Part shown: positions 1 through 11,885 of the stretch, piece after piece | Layout: every line of letters begins with the position of its first letter | Position numbering within the stretch: position 1 is the stretch's first letter | Origin: Paecilomyces variotii | Lineage: Eukaryota | DNA: 64,000 bases | NCBI GenBank assembly: GCA_004022145.1 | Contig: RCNU01000013.1 | Direction: 5' to 3' (one strand) | The notes under the pieces: generated by a model | Seen by the model: only the letters and a program-made list of their open reading frames with translations | What the model was told of the DNA's origin: nothing | Database searches by the model: none | Made by a program: the position numbers and the translations under genes

Positions 1-619
1 CGAATCGCCTTCTTTCACGCACATCCTGACATTGCTGAACAACGAGGGCTTCTCGACTCTGGTTGACCAGAACTGTGCCTCCCAGGCTTTCAAGGCCTCT
101 CCTTCCACCCCCGGCTCCCCGAAGCCTGCTGTACAGAACTTTTCCTCTAGTGTCACCATTATCCCGGCATCGAGCCCATCAGCGCCGAAAGTGAAGCTGG
201 CCACTGTACTTGCAGTGATGACGCGACAGGCGCATGTTATTGGAAACGGAACTCACCCGCCCAATGAGTACCTGGTGGCCATGGAGCAGGGCGTCCGCGA
301 GCTCGAAGCCTTTGCGGCAGTCGTGTATAGTTCGAACTTTGATCTTCAGATGCCCGAATCGGGGCCGACCTCGTCTTCTGCTCCGCTCGGCGTCCAGAAC
401 GAAGACAGAAGGGCCAGTGAGCTTGGCGTTTCGAGTCTCGTTGACCTGAGCCAGGTTGTCGCATCAGAAGCTGCCTCAAGGTCCGAGCAGGAAACCCAGG
501 GCCCGTCATCCGCGATGCCTAGCGGAACGGTCGTAGACCCGGCATTCGAGAAGGTGTGGGGGAAGGCCGTGGAAGAAACCCCGAGCACGGCGGCTCATGA
601 ACCGGCCGTTGCTCCGTAG
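1..619 (+). CDS. pex3: Peroxin-3 (peroxisomal membrane biogenesis), C-terminal part; gene starts before the window
   Basis: KVKLATVLAVMTRQAHVIGNG..PNEYL..MEQGVRELEAFAAVVYSSNF matches the fungal Pex3 C-terminal block as I recall it; stop TAG at 617-619. Confidence 0.75.
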   Translation, partial: ESPSFTHILTLLNNEGFSTLVDQNCASQAFKASPSTPGSPKPAVQNFSSSVTIIPASSPSAPKVKLATVLAVMTRQAHVIGNGTHPPNEYLVAMEQGVRELEAFAAVVYSSNFDLQMPESGPTSSSAPLGVQNEDRRASELGVSSLVDLSQVVASEAASRSEQETQGPSSAMPSGTVVDPAFEKVWGKAVEETPSTAAHEPAVAP

Positions 620-987
620 ACATGATCATACGATATCTATGCGCGTCGATTTATCTCCCATCTCTCAGACATGTTTATTATTATGTATCTGCCTTTTCCA
701 GGCTTCACGGTTGTGTTATATTACTGTCATTGCATGTGTAAGGTCGTATCAGACATGAGGGCGAATGGAGTGCGCCTCAAAACTCCATACCCTAGAGAAG
801 GCGACTTATTAACATTAAACGATGCGGAACTGGTGAAATACGAGTAGAACCACGAAATCATACATATACACTCACAGTGAGACATGAGATAAACAACGTC
901 TAAACAGAACTATCTAATCTATAATGACAAGGACAATGACACATGACTGACGCTAACATCTGCAGATCTACATCCCGTGTCTGATTA

Positions 988-2775
988 TCAACACGAGATG
1001 CCCTGGGGCACCGTTGGAGGAATGGCATCAGGGTTCGTGAAGAAGTTGTTCGGGTCATACGCCTTCTTGATCTGGACCAGGCGGCAGACGTTCGAGCCGT
1101 AGTAGGACTCGAATGGGTTTGTGGAAATGCCACTGTCCATGTAGCCGGAGTAGGAGGCGGGTCTGGGTATCATCACGGTCAGCTACAGTTTATGCATGAT
1201 AAAGGCAGGGAGGCTAAAAGGTACTCACCCTACAATAGGTCTGAGGAAGCTCTCGAGATTGGCAAACCAGTTCTCATACTTCGTCTGCGTGGCTGTATCA
1301 TTGGATCCATGGACCTGGAACTCCAGGTGCGCGTACGCCTCCTTTCGCCAGGGAAAGGCACTATCGATGGTGCTGGTCAGGTTCCACGCGTGCCACTCTC
1401 CCCAGACCTGCGACGCATCGTCCAACTGGCCGATCATATCAACGACCTTCTTCAGGTCGTCATCCGGCAGCGGCTTCGATTTCTGCAAGAAGAACGACTT
1501 GCTGAGCCGTCTGAACCGACTCCATGCCGGTGCGACACCACGAGAACTTGAGACAGGAACCTCGTTGTACTTGAACTGCGGGTAGTTGTCGTACTGGGAG
1601 AATGGGTCCGGAACGACATTCATGATTGCGGCATTGACCTGGTTGTCCGGTACGCATTCCGTCGTTGTGTATCCGAACACACGGGAGTTATCAGTGTTGC
1701 AATTACCGGAGATTTGGACCTGGGGCTTTCCGATCTGGAGAAGTCCGGAGGAGTTGATCAGCGATTGGAGCTGCTGTTGCGATTTGCCGAGATACCAGCC
1801 CAAGACTTGGACGTTGGATTTGTACACGTTCACCTGGGAAGTGAACTCCTTGTCTGCTTTCGGAGCCCAGTCGAGGAACTGTCTGGCCACGTCATATCGG
1901 AGGCTGCTGTCGTTCCATGAAATAGCAACCATCGCTGAGCGAGGCAGAGGACGCAGGCTCAAGGTCAGCTCGACCAGGATACCATACGTGCCGCCACCAC
2001 CGCCTCTGAGAGCCCAGAATAGATCAGAGTGAGACGTCGGCGAGGCAGTGATGATGCTTCCGTCTGCGGTCACGACCTTTGCAGCAAGAACATAGTCGCT
2101 TGACATGCCCAGCGCGCGCATCTGCATGTTGAACCCGCCGGAGGAGACGAGGCCGGATAGACCGACTGTGGGACAGATACCTCCGACCCAAGTGGTGTTG
2201 TATGCATCGAGGGCTGTGTATAGAGCTCCGAGACGAATACCAGCGCCGACAGTAGCGACGGAACCAGCGGTCGAGATATTGACGTAGTTGATGTGCGCGA
2301 TGTCGATGACCAGAGTGTTGTTTAGAGCGGAGTATGCGAGGAAGCTATCAAATACCATCAGCCATCTTCCCATATCCTACATCCCATATCCTGTAACGAT
2401 CCATTTCAAGATATAAAAATAAACCACAACCAGAATCATATATATAAATACTCACTGATGACCCCCCGTCCTCGGAACAGCCTTATACCCCGTCTGCCGA
2501 GCACACTTCACCAACGCACCGACCTCATCGGCATTCACCGCATAAGCAAGCAAGGCAGGGAACTCATCGAATTGGATCTTCTCACCCATTCGAGAGTCCG
2601 TGTAGGTGTCCATGCTGGGATCGACGATGCGCTGGTTGGGGTTTCCGCCCTGCGTTTGGAAAACATGTTGCACGCAGGTTTTGAGAGCGATGGATGAGTT
2701 TCCCCCAGAGGGGGCGGCAGAAGTGAAAGAAGAGAAGAGGCCCATGATGGGTAGGAGGAGGGGTGGGAGTTTCAT
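988..2775 (-). CDS. Secreted FAD-linked oxidoreductase, berberine-bridge-enzyme (BBE/VAO) family; PynB-like cluster enzyme; 3 exons
   Basis: Hydrophobic signal peptide MKLPPLLLPIMGLFSSFTSA; spliced RTGGH(H)FLAYS FAD-His motif; GICPTVGLSG (second covalent Cys); DLFWALRGGGGGTYGI; C-terminal SYSGYMD..YYGSN..RL..IKKAYDPNNFF BBE domain. Confidence 0.9.
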
Positions 2776-3929
2776 CTTTTTTTGGTTTTTTGGTCTGCTT
2801 TGATTCCCGGGTTGGAGATATATACCACTGCTTCTTCTCTCGAGGAATCAAAGACCACTTGCTTGCTTGTTTGCTTAATAGCAATAAAGGAAACAAAGGC
2901 CAAGAAGATGATCTCCCATCCTTATACTATTATATTATATATGTACATGATTTATGCACCCCCCGAAGCCCTCAGCCTTAACTCGCCTTCTCAGACCACT
3001 TCGGATCGGATACAGGTAGAAGTTCCAGGGGGTAGTAACTACCGTTCTCAAACGGTAGAAATCCGCTATTGGGGGCGATAGTTAGTTGTGGTTCAAAATG
3101 AAATTCCCCGTTTCGATCCGTTCGGGGACGGAGGTAGAGTATATAGATAGTATGTATCATACATAACTAGTAAGCGGTAGGAAAAGGTGAGAGAGGCGTC
3201 CAATGATTTGATTCCACTCGGCTAGTTAAACGCATGACATTAAAGGGAAAAAGAAGAGGAATTTTAGTTCTGCTAAAATTAGAAGATGTCGAATTTTTGT
3301 CTCTTGTTCTTACTCTGTACTTCAAGTATGTTTAACTCCCACGTGGGATCGGGGGTTCGGATCGTTCACGGTGGCGGCCATGTGGGTTTTGTTTTTTGGG
3401 GGCGATGATCATCTTCTTTCTCACTGGGATTATGGAGGGTCTAGAGGTCGGGGTTCCTTCTGTTTATGCAGGTACGTATTTTAGTTTAGATGTTTATGTT
3501 CATGTTATTTCCGGTGGGATGGAAGGTACTTTTCTGCGGCGTGGGTGTACAGTATGTATGTATGTACATTCAGTACATGGTCTTCTAGAATTGAATATCA
3601 ATAGTAATATTATTTGTATTTCACTGTTAAGCATGTCCCATTCTAACGTAGATTACAGTAAAATCGACAAGTTCATGCAGAATCCCAGCAGCAACGCCTG
3701 TCATGACCCTCGTGTATCGTGGATAGAGTTTCTTCCCTCTAGTTAACCGCAAACCCAATCCTGTGTAGGTAATGTCTATAATCCCTCGAGTCACATGAAG
3801 AAAAGATAGAAATGTGCATGAAAGAAAGAAAAAAAAAAGGCATCAATCCGTCTATATCGTATGTTCATTACGCTGCCACTTCCCGAAAACTCTATTCTTC
3901 TTGTTCTCAAAAACAGAACTTGAAATAAA

Positions 3930-5806
3930 TCAAAATACGCGTAATTTCGGAGCGGCTATGAATCGAGCAAGGAGCACAAGGAATCCTCCAGCTGTTAGAA
4001 TGACGGCGCTGAAGGCAATCATGCCTGTGAAACCGCCGTGGTTGGCTGTGATTAGGGCGCCGCCGATGGGGGAGCCTGTTAGGCCTCTGATCACCAAGAG
4101 TAATATGTTAGTTTGGTCTCTCCTCTTTGAACGATGAATGGTTTGAAGAGGGCAGAGGATGGGGGTGCGTACCCAAACGAACAGATAGCCATCATGATAC
4201 CAATCTTGACACCGATGATTCTGTGGTCTGGGGTGATTTGAGCGATACAAGCGGATTGGAGCGAGATTAGACCACCGGAGAAAATGCCGTAGAGGACAGC
4301 GAAGGCGATGATTGCAGCGATGGATGTGATGCCGTATAGACCGAAGAGGAGGATACCGCAGCCGAGAGCGCAGCCGAACATGGCGTTGAATCTGGGGTGA
4401 TTTTAGCATTGAGAATGAATGAGTAATGGGGGTTTCTCTTTTGTCGTCGACGACTAACCTCCCAAATCTATCAGCAATAAAACCCGTCACGACTCTCGCT
4501 ACCAGCGAGCCTGCATTCAAATACGCAAGTAAGTTATTCGCGGCACTTTCGCTCATCCCGTGCGCCTGGCCATAAGTAGGCAGATAGAAGAACGGGATGA
4601 ACATCCCCCACAGAACGAAGAACATGCCGGCGCTAAAAAGGGTGTATTTCCAGTCCTTGAGAATACCGATAAAGTCTAGCTTCGGGGGTGGTTCACTGTG
4701 CTGTGAATGCGAAGTTACCGGTCTAGAAGCAATCAACCAACAGGCTGGAGTTAGGAGTCCCACGCAGATGAAGCCGGTGATCCGCGTCGCCCAGCCGAAT
4801 CCGATGTGGTCTAGAAGGTATTGGATTAGGAGCGGCCAGCATATGCCACCTAGAGAGGAGCCTGAGACGGCGATACCGAGAGCGAGGCCGCGGCATGAGT
4901 CGAACCATTGTGTGATGGATGATATTGTTGGGTAGAATCTGATCTATGAGTATACGTTTGGCTGCATATAGTTATGTGTAAGGGTAGCTTACAGCATTGC
5001 ATTTCCAATGCCAAACATGACGCCCTGTGCAAGCATGAGCTGGTAGTATTTCGTTGAAATGCTGGTGAACATGATGGAGAGAACGTAGACGAGTGATCCG
5101 GGGATGACGAGTGGCCTGGCTCCATACGAATCGTATAGAGGCCCGATGACCATACCGCCGATGAATAGGAAGAAGATCTGTAGTTGCGTTAGACTGGCTG
5201 GCCTGGGGTTGTGGTTTCTGTATGCCCAGGGGCTACGTACTTGTAAGGAACCTATCCATGCAATTACGCTGCCAGACATATCAGGTAGAAGATTTCTTTG
5301 ATAGTATGATTGGAAAGTGCCGAAGGTGTTGAGCAAACCTGCAATATATTAGATCAGGTCTCCTAGATGAACCCTTTTCAATTTCTGGACTGACCAAAAG
5401 TTGCAAAGTATGCTAGGAATCCGCCGATGACTACTAGCCACGCTCGTAGACCTCCATCTGGAGGCCTGTCATCAGCCACTGCGTCCTTCTCTTCTGAAAT
5501 GCTGTCATGTCGAATCAGGGATTCTTCGGATTGTGGGTAAAATGGAGGGAAATCTGGAAAATCTGTAACTATCGTTCTTTGGCTGCCAAATAAATCTATA
5601 TCGGAGAGCTCCTGAAAAGATAGGTGAGGATAGAGCGTTTCTTCCGACGAGGCGCTGAGAGGAGACAAGTATGCCTTCTCTGGCATCTCGACGCGAAACT
5701 GATCATCTTGGAACAGTTGATAGAATGATTGGGGTCGAAAGGTTGACGTTGGAATATCGGGTAATCCAAACCACGATCTTCGACTGTGTCTTTTGTTGTT
5801 GTCCAT
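3930..5806 (-). CDS. MFS transporter, monocarboxylate-porter-like; multi-exon
   Basis: PPDGGLRAWLVVIGGF, NTFGTFQSYY, IAWIGSLQ, SQWFDSCRGLALGIAVSGSSLGG, ADRFGR and GSPIGGAL are spread over successive minus-strand exons. Confidence 0.88.
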
Positions 5807-6251
5807 CTTTGGCGATTTACCAAAGAGGTGTGCGTCTATGCGTTGGAAATCACGAATGTCGACTTCATGAAACGATCAATGTCCTTCTGAAGATCGACTT
5901 TAGCCGGCGCATGCTACTCTAAACCATTCTGGCCCGGGTTCTATACTTCCTAAAATATCGATTCGGCAGAGACGGATGTTTTCCTCATACAATCGGCACG
6001 GCGCAAGAAACCCTCCGCTGCCGTGCGGGCGGGCGAATCTAACTCCAGCACAGGATGTCTGACAAGGGATCACCTACCTCGTGGCTCGCAAGACTGGGAC
6101 CAGATCTGGAGGCTAGTATAACAAGATGGATGCTCCCGGCGGATTAGCGTTTGGATGCCGACTTCCTAGACGACTTTATTCCGGATAGTTGCGAGCACCG
6201 AGTGCAGAAGGTACCTATAGTTGGTTTCATTATCGCCCCCAAACATACAGA

Positions 6252-7817
6252 ATGGGACATTTCATATTACCCACTACAGTGGGCGACACTCCTGCGATCA
6301 CACGAGTTGTGCCTCTCGGTCTGCCTCTTCTACTCGTGATTGCAATTTCGTTTTCTGTCCTGCGAAAGCTGTTCCAGAAGAGCATCCCGACTCCCAAGTT
6401 CGGCTTGCCGGTCATTGGAGATGCACTGGCGTACGGAAAGGATCCTATCACCTTCGTCAGGGATGCAACCGCAAAAGTTGGTCCCGTCTTTCGTATCAAC
6501 ATGCTTCTCAATAGTATCATCTTCTTGAGAAGAAACGATTTGAACAAGATGTACTTGGAAACCAGGGAAGACGTCTGGTCATTCGGCGACGGTATGGTAA
6601 GTAGCTCCTATTTTCTAGACGACGAATAGTGGATTCTCACACTTTATAGGGCCTTTTCTTGAACAAGGTCGTGATTCCTGGCTATTTTACCCATCTCAAG
6701 CGGATGGTCAGCTCTCTCAACCGCGGGATCAACAGAACCGCTGCTTTGGAGCACTACCGCAGCATCGCGGCTGAAGAAGCGGAAAAGTCTCTTTCGAACT
6801 GGGCTTCCAAGACTGATGTTGAGATTTTTGAAGAAGCCTCTAAGTTTGCGCACAAGGTCATCGTACGGTGTCTGATGGGCCAAGATTTCTACGAGAAGAA
6901 CATCGACGAACTTTATGACTTGCTTCACCGTATGGAAGCAGACATTGGACACCCTTTTAACTTCCTCTTCCCAGACTGGGTTCCTCACCCCCCTGCGAAG
7001 CGATTGGGAAAGGCCCGTGATAGAGTCGCTGAGATCTTCCACGAGAGACTGAATGAGCGGGAGCAGAACCCCGAGAAATGGCGCAACTCTCTCGACTACG
7101 TGTCTTACACGTTGAATGATGCCTCAACCGCACACCTGAAAGAGTTCTATCCTGCTCACCACACTCTCCTTATGTTCGCTGCTCATACTAGCACGGTAGC
7201 CAGTATTGCGTGGACCATCATCCAGGTATGAAGACCGTTGTCCCTTACTTACTTGTTTGTATCCGCTAACCTCCCTGTAGCTGCTTCGATCTCCAGCTCA
7301 CATGGAACAGCTGCGCGAGGCACTTTCTGACTGTCCCAACATCCACAAGTCACCCGAGCTTCTGGCAGTCATCAAGGAGACCGGTCGTCGCTATTCTGGA
7401 GTCAACATGCTCCGCCTAGCACGCCAGCCAGTGCAGCTTCCGGGAACAGACATTACTGTTCCTACCGGGTCCGTGGTTTCCATTTCACCATATCTGATCC
7501 ACCATGACCCTGCGACCTACAAGGACCCCGAGTTGTGGGACCCCGAGCGCTGGCTCAGACCTAGTGAGGTTCCGGAGCAGAAGGGCTCTTCGAGGCAGGT
7601 GACATTCCTTCAATTCGGCGCTGGTTCGCACAGATGTCCCGGCGAAAACATGGCTGGAATGATAACTCGGGAGATGATCTCAACACTGGTCAAGAACTAC
7701 CGTGTTGAGTGGGGAACTCACGGTCCACCAAAGGACTTTTCTAAGTTGGACTTTACGAAGATTGGTAGCCCTTGGCTTGTGGGTGATGCCGCGGTGAGTA
7801 TTAGACGTCTTGAGTAG
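6252..7817 (+). CDS. Cytochrome P450 (PynD-like; CYP51-like I-helix); exons ~6252-6596, 6650-7225, 7281-7817
   Basis: N-terminal TM anchor; I-helix MFAAHTST; ExxR (ETGR); WDPERW; heme motif FGAGSHRCPG; GT..AG introns join the three ORFs in frame. Confidence 0.92.
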
Positions 7818-8351
7818 ACTGGCATATTGATTTATAGAACTTATTTATCGTTATGTGAGATTATGATTATGATTGAATATAGAGATTATTTTTACATGTC
7901 ATGTCTTGCTGTGAAATGAACAATCTAGATTGCTTGATGAAACGTGACGAAAGGGCAGAGTTCGTAAGTTGTTTTATCCTTTATGTTCTTATATATTTCG
8001 AATTATGGCTGGCAAGGTGCTGACATGAAGAGGGCTTAAGAGGACTCGTCACTCAATCACAGGTAGACTGCTTCAAACATCAAAGCCGCTACATAATGCC
8101 CAATTACAGGAAGTGTATGACAAAGGATTTGATGCATGTATAGTGATATATTGCTTAGAAATGGACAGCCCTTGTCTAAAGTGCCCTCGAGTCTATATAC
8201 ATGCTGAATCGTCTAGTCCAGCCATTCCACGGAGATGTCCAGCTCTCAATTCAATCTTCCAAAGCAAATGCTCCCAGGACCCCGAGACAAAGGAAAAAAA
8301 GTCGACATAGATTAATGAACGGAAAGAGATAGGGACGGAGGAGGGAAGGTC

Positions 8352-9215
8352 TCAAATTCTCGAAAGGACGATTCGGAGAATATGCGTCAATTCAGGAGCA
8401 TGCTTTGAGTCGAATACGTCGTCATGCTCTGCATTGAACAGGATGGTTCGGAAATGGTTGAACTGCTTGGCCCGCCATCGCAATGTTGGATGTAGGAAGC
8501 ACTTGCGAATAAAATTCTTCCTCTCCAATCGCACGGCTGGCACCACGGGTGCGAGCTTGATGCACTTGATCAGGGTCACGGAAGTGTTACACTTGCCTGG
8601 CAGAAGCTGGCCCGGTTCGGTCTTCGAAATGACCCCTATGCTCTCCCAGATGTGTTTCCGCATCTTGAGGAGCATACTCTCGAGCTCAACGTCGGCATCG
8701 TCGTCCTGGTCACTGTCGCTGGACATTCCATCGGAATGGGAGCTACCTGGCAAATTCATCTTCTGAGCAACGGCGCTGTAGGCCATATCTGCGATAAAAT
8801 CGTGTTCTTCGTTATCCACGAAAGCAGGGTACTGTTCTGGGTTTGCAGAATCAATCATAATAACGTGAAGTACCGTCTCGCCCTGTTCCTGCAGGAGGTC
8901 TGCCATTTTTACCGCAATCATCCCGCCCATGGACCAGCCTCCAAGAAGGTAAGGTCCAGCCGGCTGGATTTCTTGGATCATGGAGACATACTGCCGCGCA
9001 AGCTCCTCGAAGGAACCGGGCGCACGGTACGAGGAGGAGTTGTAGAGAGGAGAGGAGATACCATACACTGGACGAGCTTTCTCGGGCTCCATGTCTGCAG
9101 GGCTGAGATCTCCCAGGGTGAGATATGGGAAAGCAAGCCCTGAGACTGCGTGGATCAGAAATAGAGGTGTCAGGGGAGAGCTGGTGCTTCCCTGCATGTG
9201 CAGAACTGTTTCCAT
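8352..9215 (-). CDS. Stand-alone thioesterase (NRPS/PKS TE-type alpha/beta hydrolase; PynI-like)
   Basis: PLFLIHAVSG, GPYLLGGWSMGG nucleophile elbow, VIMIDS, C-terminal His (AEHDDVF). Confidence 0.88.
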   Translation of the reverse strand: METVLHMQGSTSSPLTPLFLIHAVSGLAFPYLTLGDLSPADMEPEKARPVYGISSPLYNSSSYRAPGSFEELARQYVSMIQEIQPAGPYLLGGWSMGGMIAVKMADLLQEQGETVLHVIMIDSANPEQYPAFVDNEEHDFIADMAYSAVAQKMNLPGSSHSDGMSSDSDQDDDADVELESMLLKMRKHIWESIGVISKTEPGQLLPGKCNTSVTLIKCIKLAPVVPAVRLERKNFIRKCFLHPTLRWRAKQFNHFRTILFNAEHDDVFDSKHAPELTHILRIVLSRI

Positions 9216-9761
9216 GGTTCTAAGGTACTTGCTTCTAGCAAGACTGTAAGGCAGAAAACAGAAGAATGATTAGGAGTATACTGCGCAAAAGCAGGGAGTA
9301 GAAAAGCCGAAGATGCTCGAGTTCTAATCTGGATGAGTCTGGTCCGGGGAAAATTGGAAGCTTTTGTCCCTACATATACCAAGACCGAGGACATCTGTTT
9401 CAGATCCCAAAACAATGCTTTTAGTCACCGGACTCCATCCGCGACAACCCACTTCATACTCCGTCTATAGACGGTCCAATTAGGCATTATCGGTCTAGTT
9501 CCGCTCGGTAGCGGATATAGATCTCGCGCTTCCACGTTCTGCGAGTGGAGAATAATCAGACGGAGCTTAACGGAGATTTTTTGTATATCAATGGAGGTGG
9601 CGAGTCAAATGGGGCACGGGGGCCAAATTGCTGATGTGTATGGATTCCCAAGTTTATAAACGACTTTGTGCCTTTGGGAAATCATGCTCATAACCAAGCA
9701 TCCAGAGTCTTCTATATCCAGATCCGGCTATCGTCAGCGAAAAGTCCACCGCTAGTTCAGG

Positions 9762-11056
9762 ATGATCCTTTCTAAGACGCTTCTAGCCGTTCTATTGACG
9801 GTCACCAGCCATCTAGCTGGTGCCGTACCCACTGTTCAATCTCGTCAGAATGCCAGAAGTTACAACTTGCCTCTGACGTGGAATTCGTACGGTTTCTTAT
9901 CCCAAATCTCTGTGGGAACACCTCCCCAGAAGCTCCCTGTCTTTGTCGACTGGACATGGGTTGGGCAATACCTCCTCACGACTTTGTGCCATGGCAATTC
10001 AAGTAACACGTACGACTGTCTCGCTACGCAGCAACCCTTGTTCAACCAGTCATTGTCTTCGTCATTCCGCAACCTCACCTCTCGGTACGGGGACCTGTCC
10101 TGGGACCCGAACCACTTCTTCTTCTGGAAGCCCTTGACTGTCGATATCAGTTCCGACATTGTCACCGTTGGTCCTAGCAGCACACGCATGATCATTCAAG
10201 CTGCAGACTTCCAGTTCAATGAGACAGCAGCCGCTTTCCCATTCGCTGGAGTCTATGGACTGTCTCCAGTTTTCAAAACCGACAACAGTATGTTCTATGC
10301 TCATCTTCATGCTAGTGATATGACACTAACATTCTCCACGCAGAAACTACAGAATCCCCATTCTACCAAGCCTGGCGCGCAGGAGATTGGCCTGAGCCAT
10401 ACGTTGCTTTCCACTATTGCTACAATGGCTCTGTGGATACCAACAAGACCACTTGTGGCGGCCATGATGGTCTCCAGACACTTGGCGGTTACAACTCTAG
10501 ACTCGTCAAGGGCAGCGTGACATGGTACGATGTCATCCAATTCCCAGAAGTTAACGTGGTCGATTTCGTCTACAACCCCGCTCTATTGGAATACTGGGCC
10601 GTTGGCCTCACTCAATTCAGCATCGGCGACGAGGTGCAGCCATTGAACACCACAGTTGGATCTGCTGCCGTCTTTGACCATGCCAGTTACGGACGTGGTG
10701 CTCCCATGTCCGTCAACGCGTACCAGAAGCTAATCAACCTCAGCGGTGCTACGCCAATCAAGCTCGACTCGCCTCCCAACAATGGTAACCAGTCGTGGTA
10801 CCAGATCGACTGCAACAAAACCCAGTCGCTCCCCCCTCTGAAGTACCAATTCTCGGGATCAAGTAAGGTCTGGGAGATTATTCCATCTAACTATGTTGAG
10901 AAGCTCGACAATGGCGTCTGCGTTCTCAACGTTCGGACCCTTGGTGACGGTGATTGGGTTATTGGCAATTTTGGAGAGACCTTCTCCAAGGACAAGTACG
11001 TTATCTTCGACTTTGAGAAGCTGAAGGTTGGTCTGGCGGACCTTAACTGGAGATGA
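9762..11056 (+). CDS. Secreted pepsin-fold (peptidase A1) protein with non-canonical catalytic motifs (PynH-like); intron ~10289-10343
   Basis: Signal peptide; ISVGTPPQKLPVFVD, GVYGLSP, YQIDC, VIGNFGETF..KYVIFDFEKLKVGLA; DTG/DSG motifs read DWT and DHA. Confidence 0.85.
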
Positions 11057-11735
11057 AGGTGGAATTGTGTTTTCTTCTACGTGTGGTTTTCTTAACTATT
11101 GGTGACATGTATGAGAAAAGACAAGATTGATGTATTCTTTGTTGCATAGATGAATTTTATATAGAATCTTATAGACGGCATATGAGCATACAATATACGC
11201 AGTATATTTCGCCTGATGGTATTTAGTCAGACTCCTGTTTGCGAATTGTGTACTAGGGTTTCTAAGATATTTTACTAGAATATATATTTACTGCGGAGTA
11301 GACACTTCACTAAATAATAAACCCCGTTATTTGTCGGCGTACAAAGCAAACGCCAGGTGATCTGCAATCAACCGTTACACCAGGTTCCCGCATGGAATTG
11401 GATCGAACCTACTGGATTCTCTGTATGCTAGAGATAAATATGGGGTCAAATCCCCCCCTAGACCTAGAGTCAAGCAAGCAATTCAGATTCTGCTTCCGTG
11501 CTGTTTAGGATTCGACATTATTACTGTTTGCAGAAATTCAGCGTACAAAGAAGTCTGTAAGTGATCTAACATATCATCCATTTGCAGAATGTTCTCTGAT
11601 ATCCTAATTAGAGGATAGAACCTGCTAGAGATCGCTAGGATGTAGATTCCTTGTTATCTCAAGAGGAAGCGCAGAATCTCGGATTTTTTCCTATTCGTAT
11701 TCCACTAGATATTCCCTTTCAGCCAGCTGACTAGC

Positions 11736-11854
11736 ACATACGACCATAGGGTGTGGAAAACAGGGCTTCCCGTCCGCTCAGCCGTACTTAAGCCACACGC
11801 CGGCAGGTTAGTAGTTGGGTGGGTGACCACCAGCGAATCCCTGCTGTTGTATGT
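11736..11854 (+). rRNA. 5S rRNA gene (dispersed copy)
   Basis: 119 nt ACATACGACCATAGGG...CCCGTCCGCTCAGCCGTACTTAAGCC...TTAGTAGTTGGGTGGGTGACCACCAGCGAATCCC...TTGTATGT with complementary ends; followed by a T-run. Confidence 0.96.
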
Positions 11855-11869
11855 TTTTATTTTTTTTTT
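11855..11869 (+). terminator. RNA polymerase III oligo-T terminator of the 5S gene
   Basis: TTTTATTTTTTTTTT directly after the 5S 3' end. Confidence 0.8.
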
Positions 11870-11885
11870 GCTGCAAAAGCAAGCA

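Noticed and set aside
3224-3336. AT-rich quasi-palindrome (GTTAAAC...AATTTTAG-CTAAAATT...GTTTAAC)
   Set aside because: Only 7-8 bp arms in AT-rich intergenic DNA; compatible with chance
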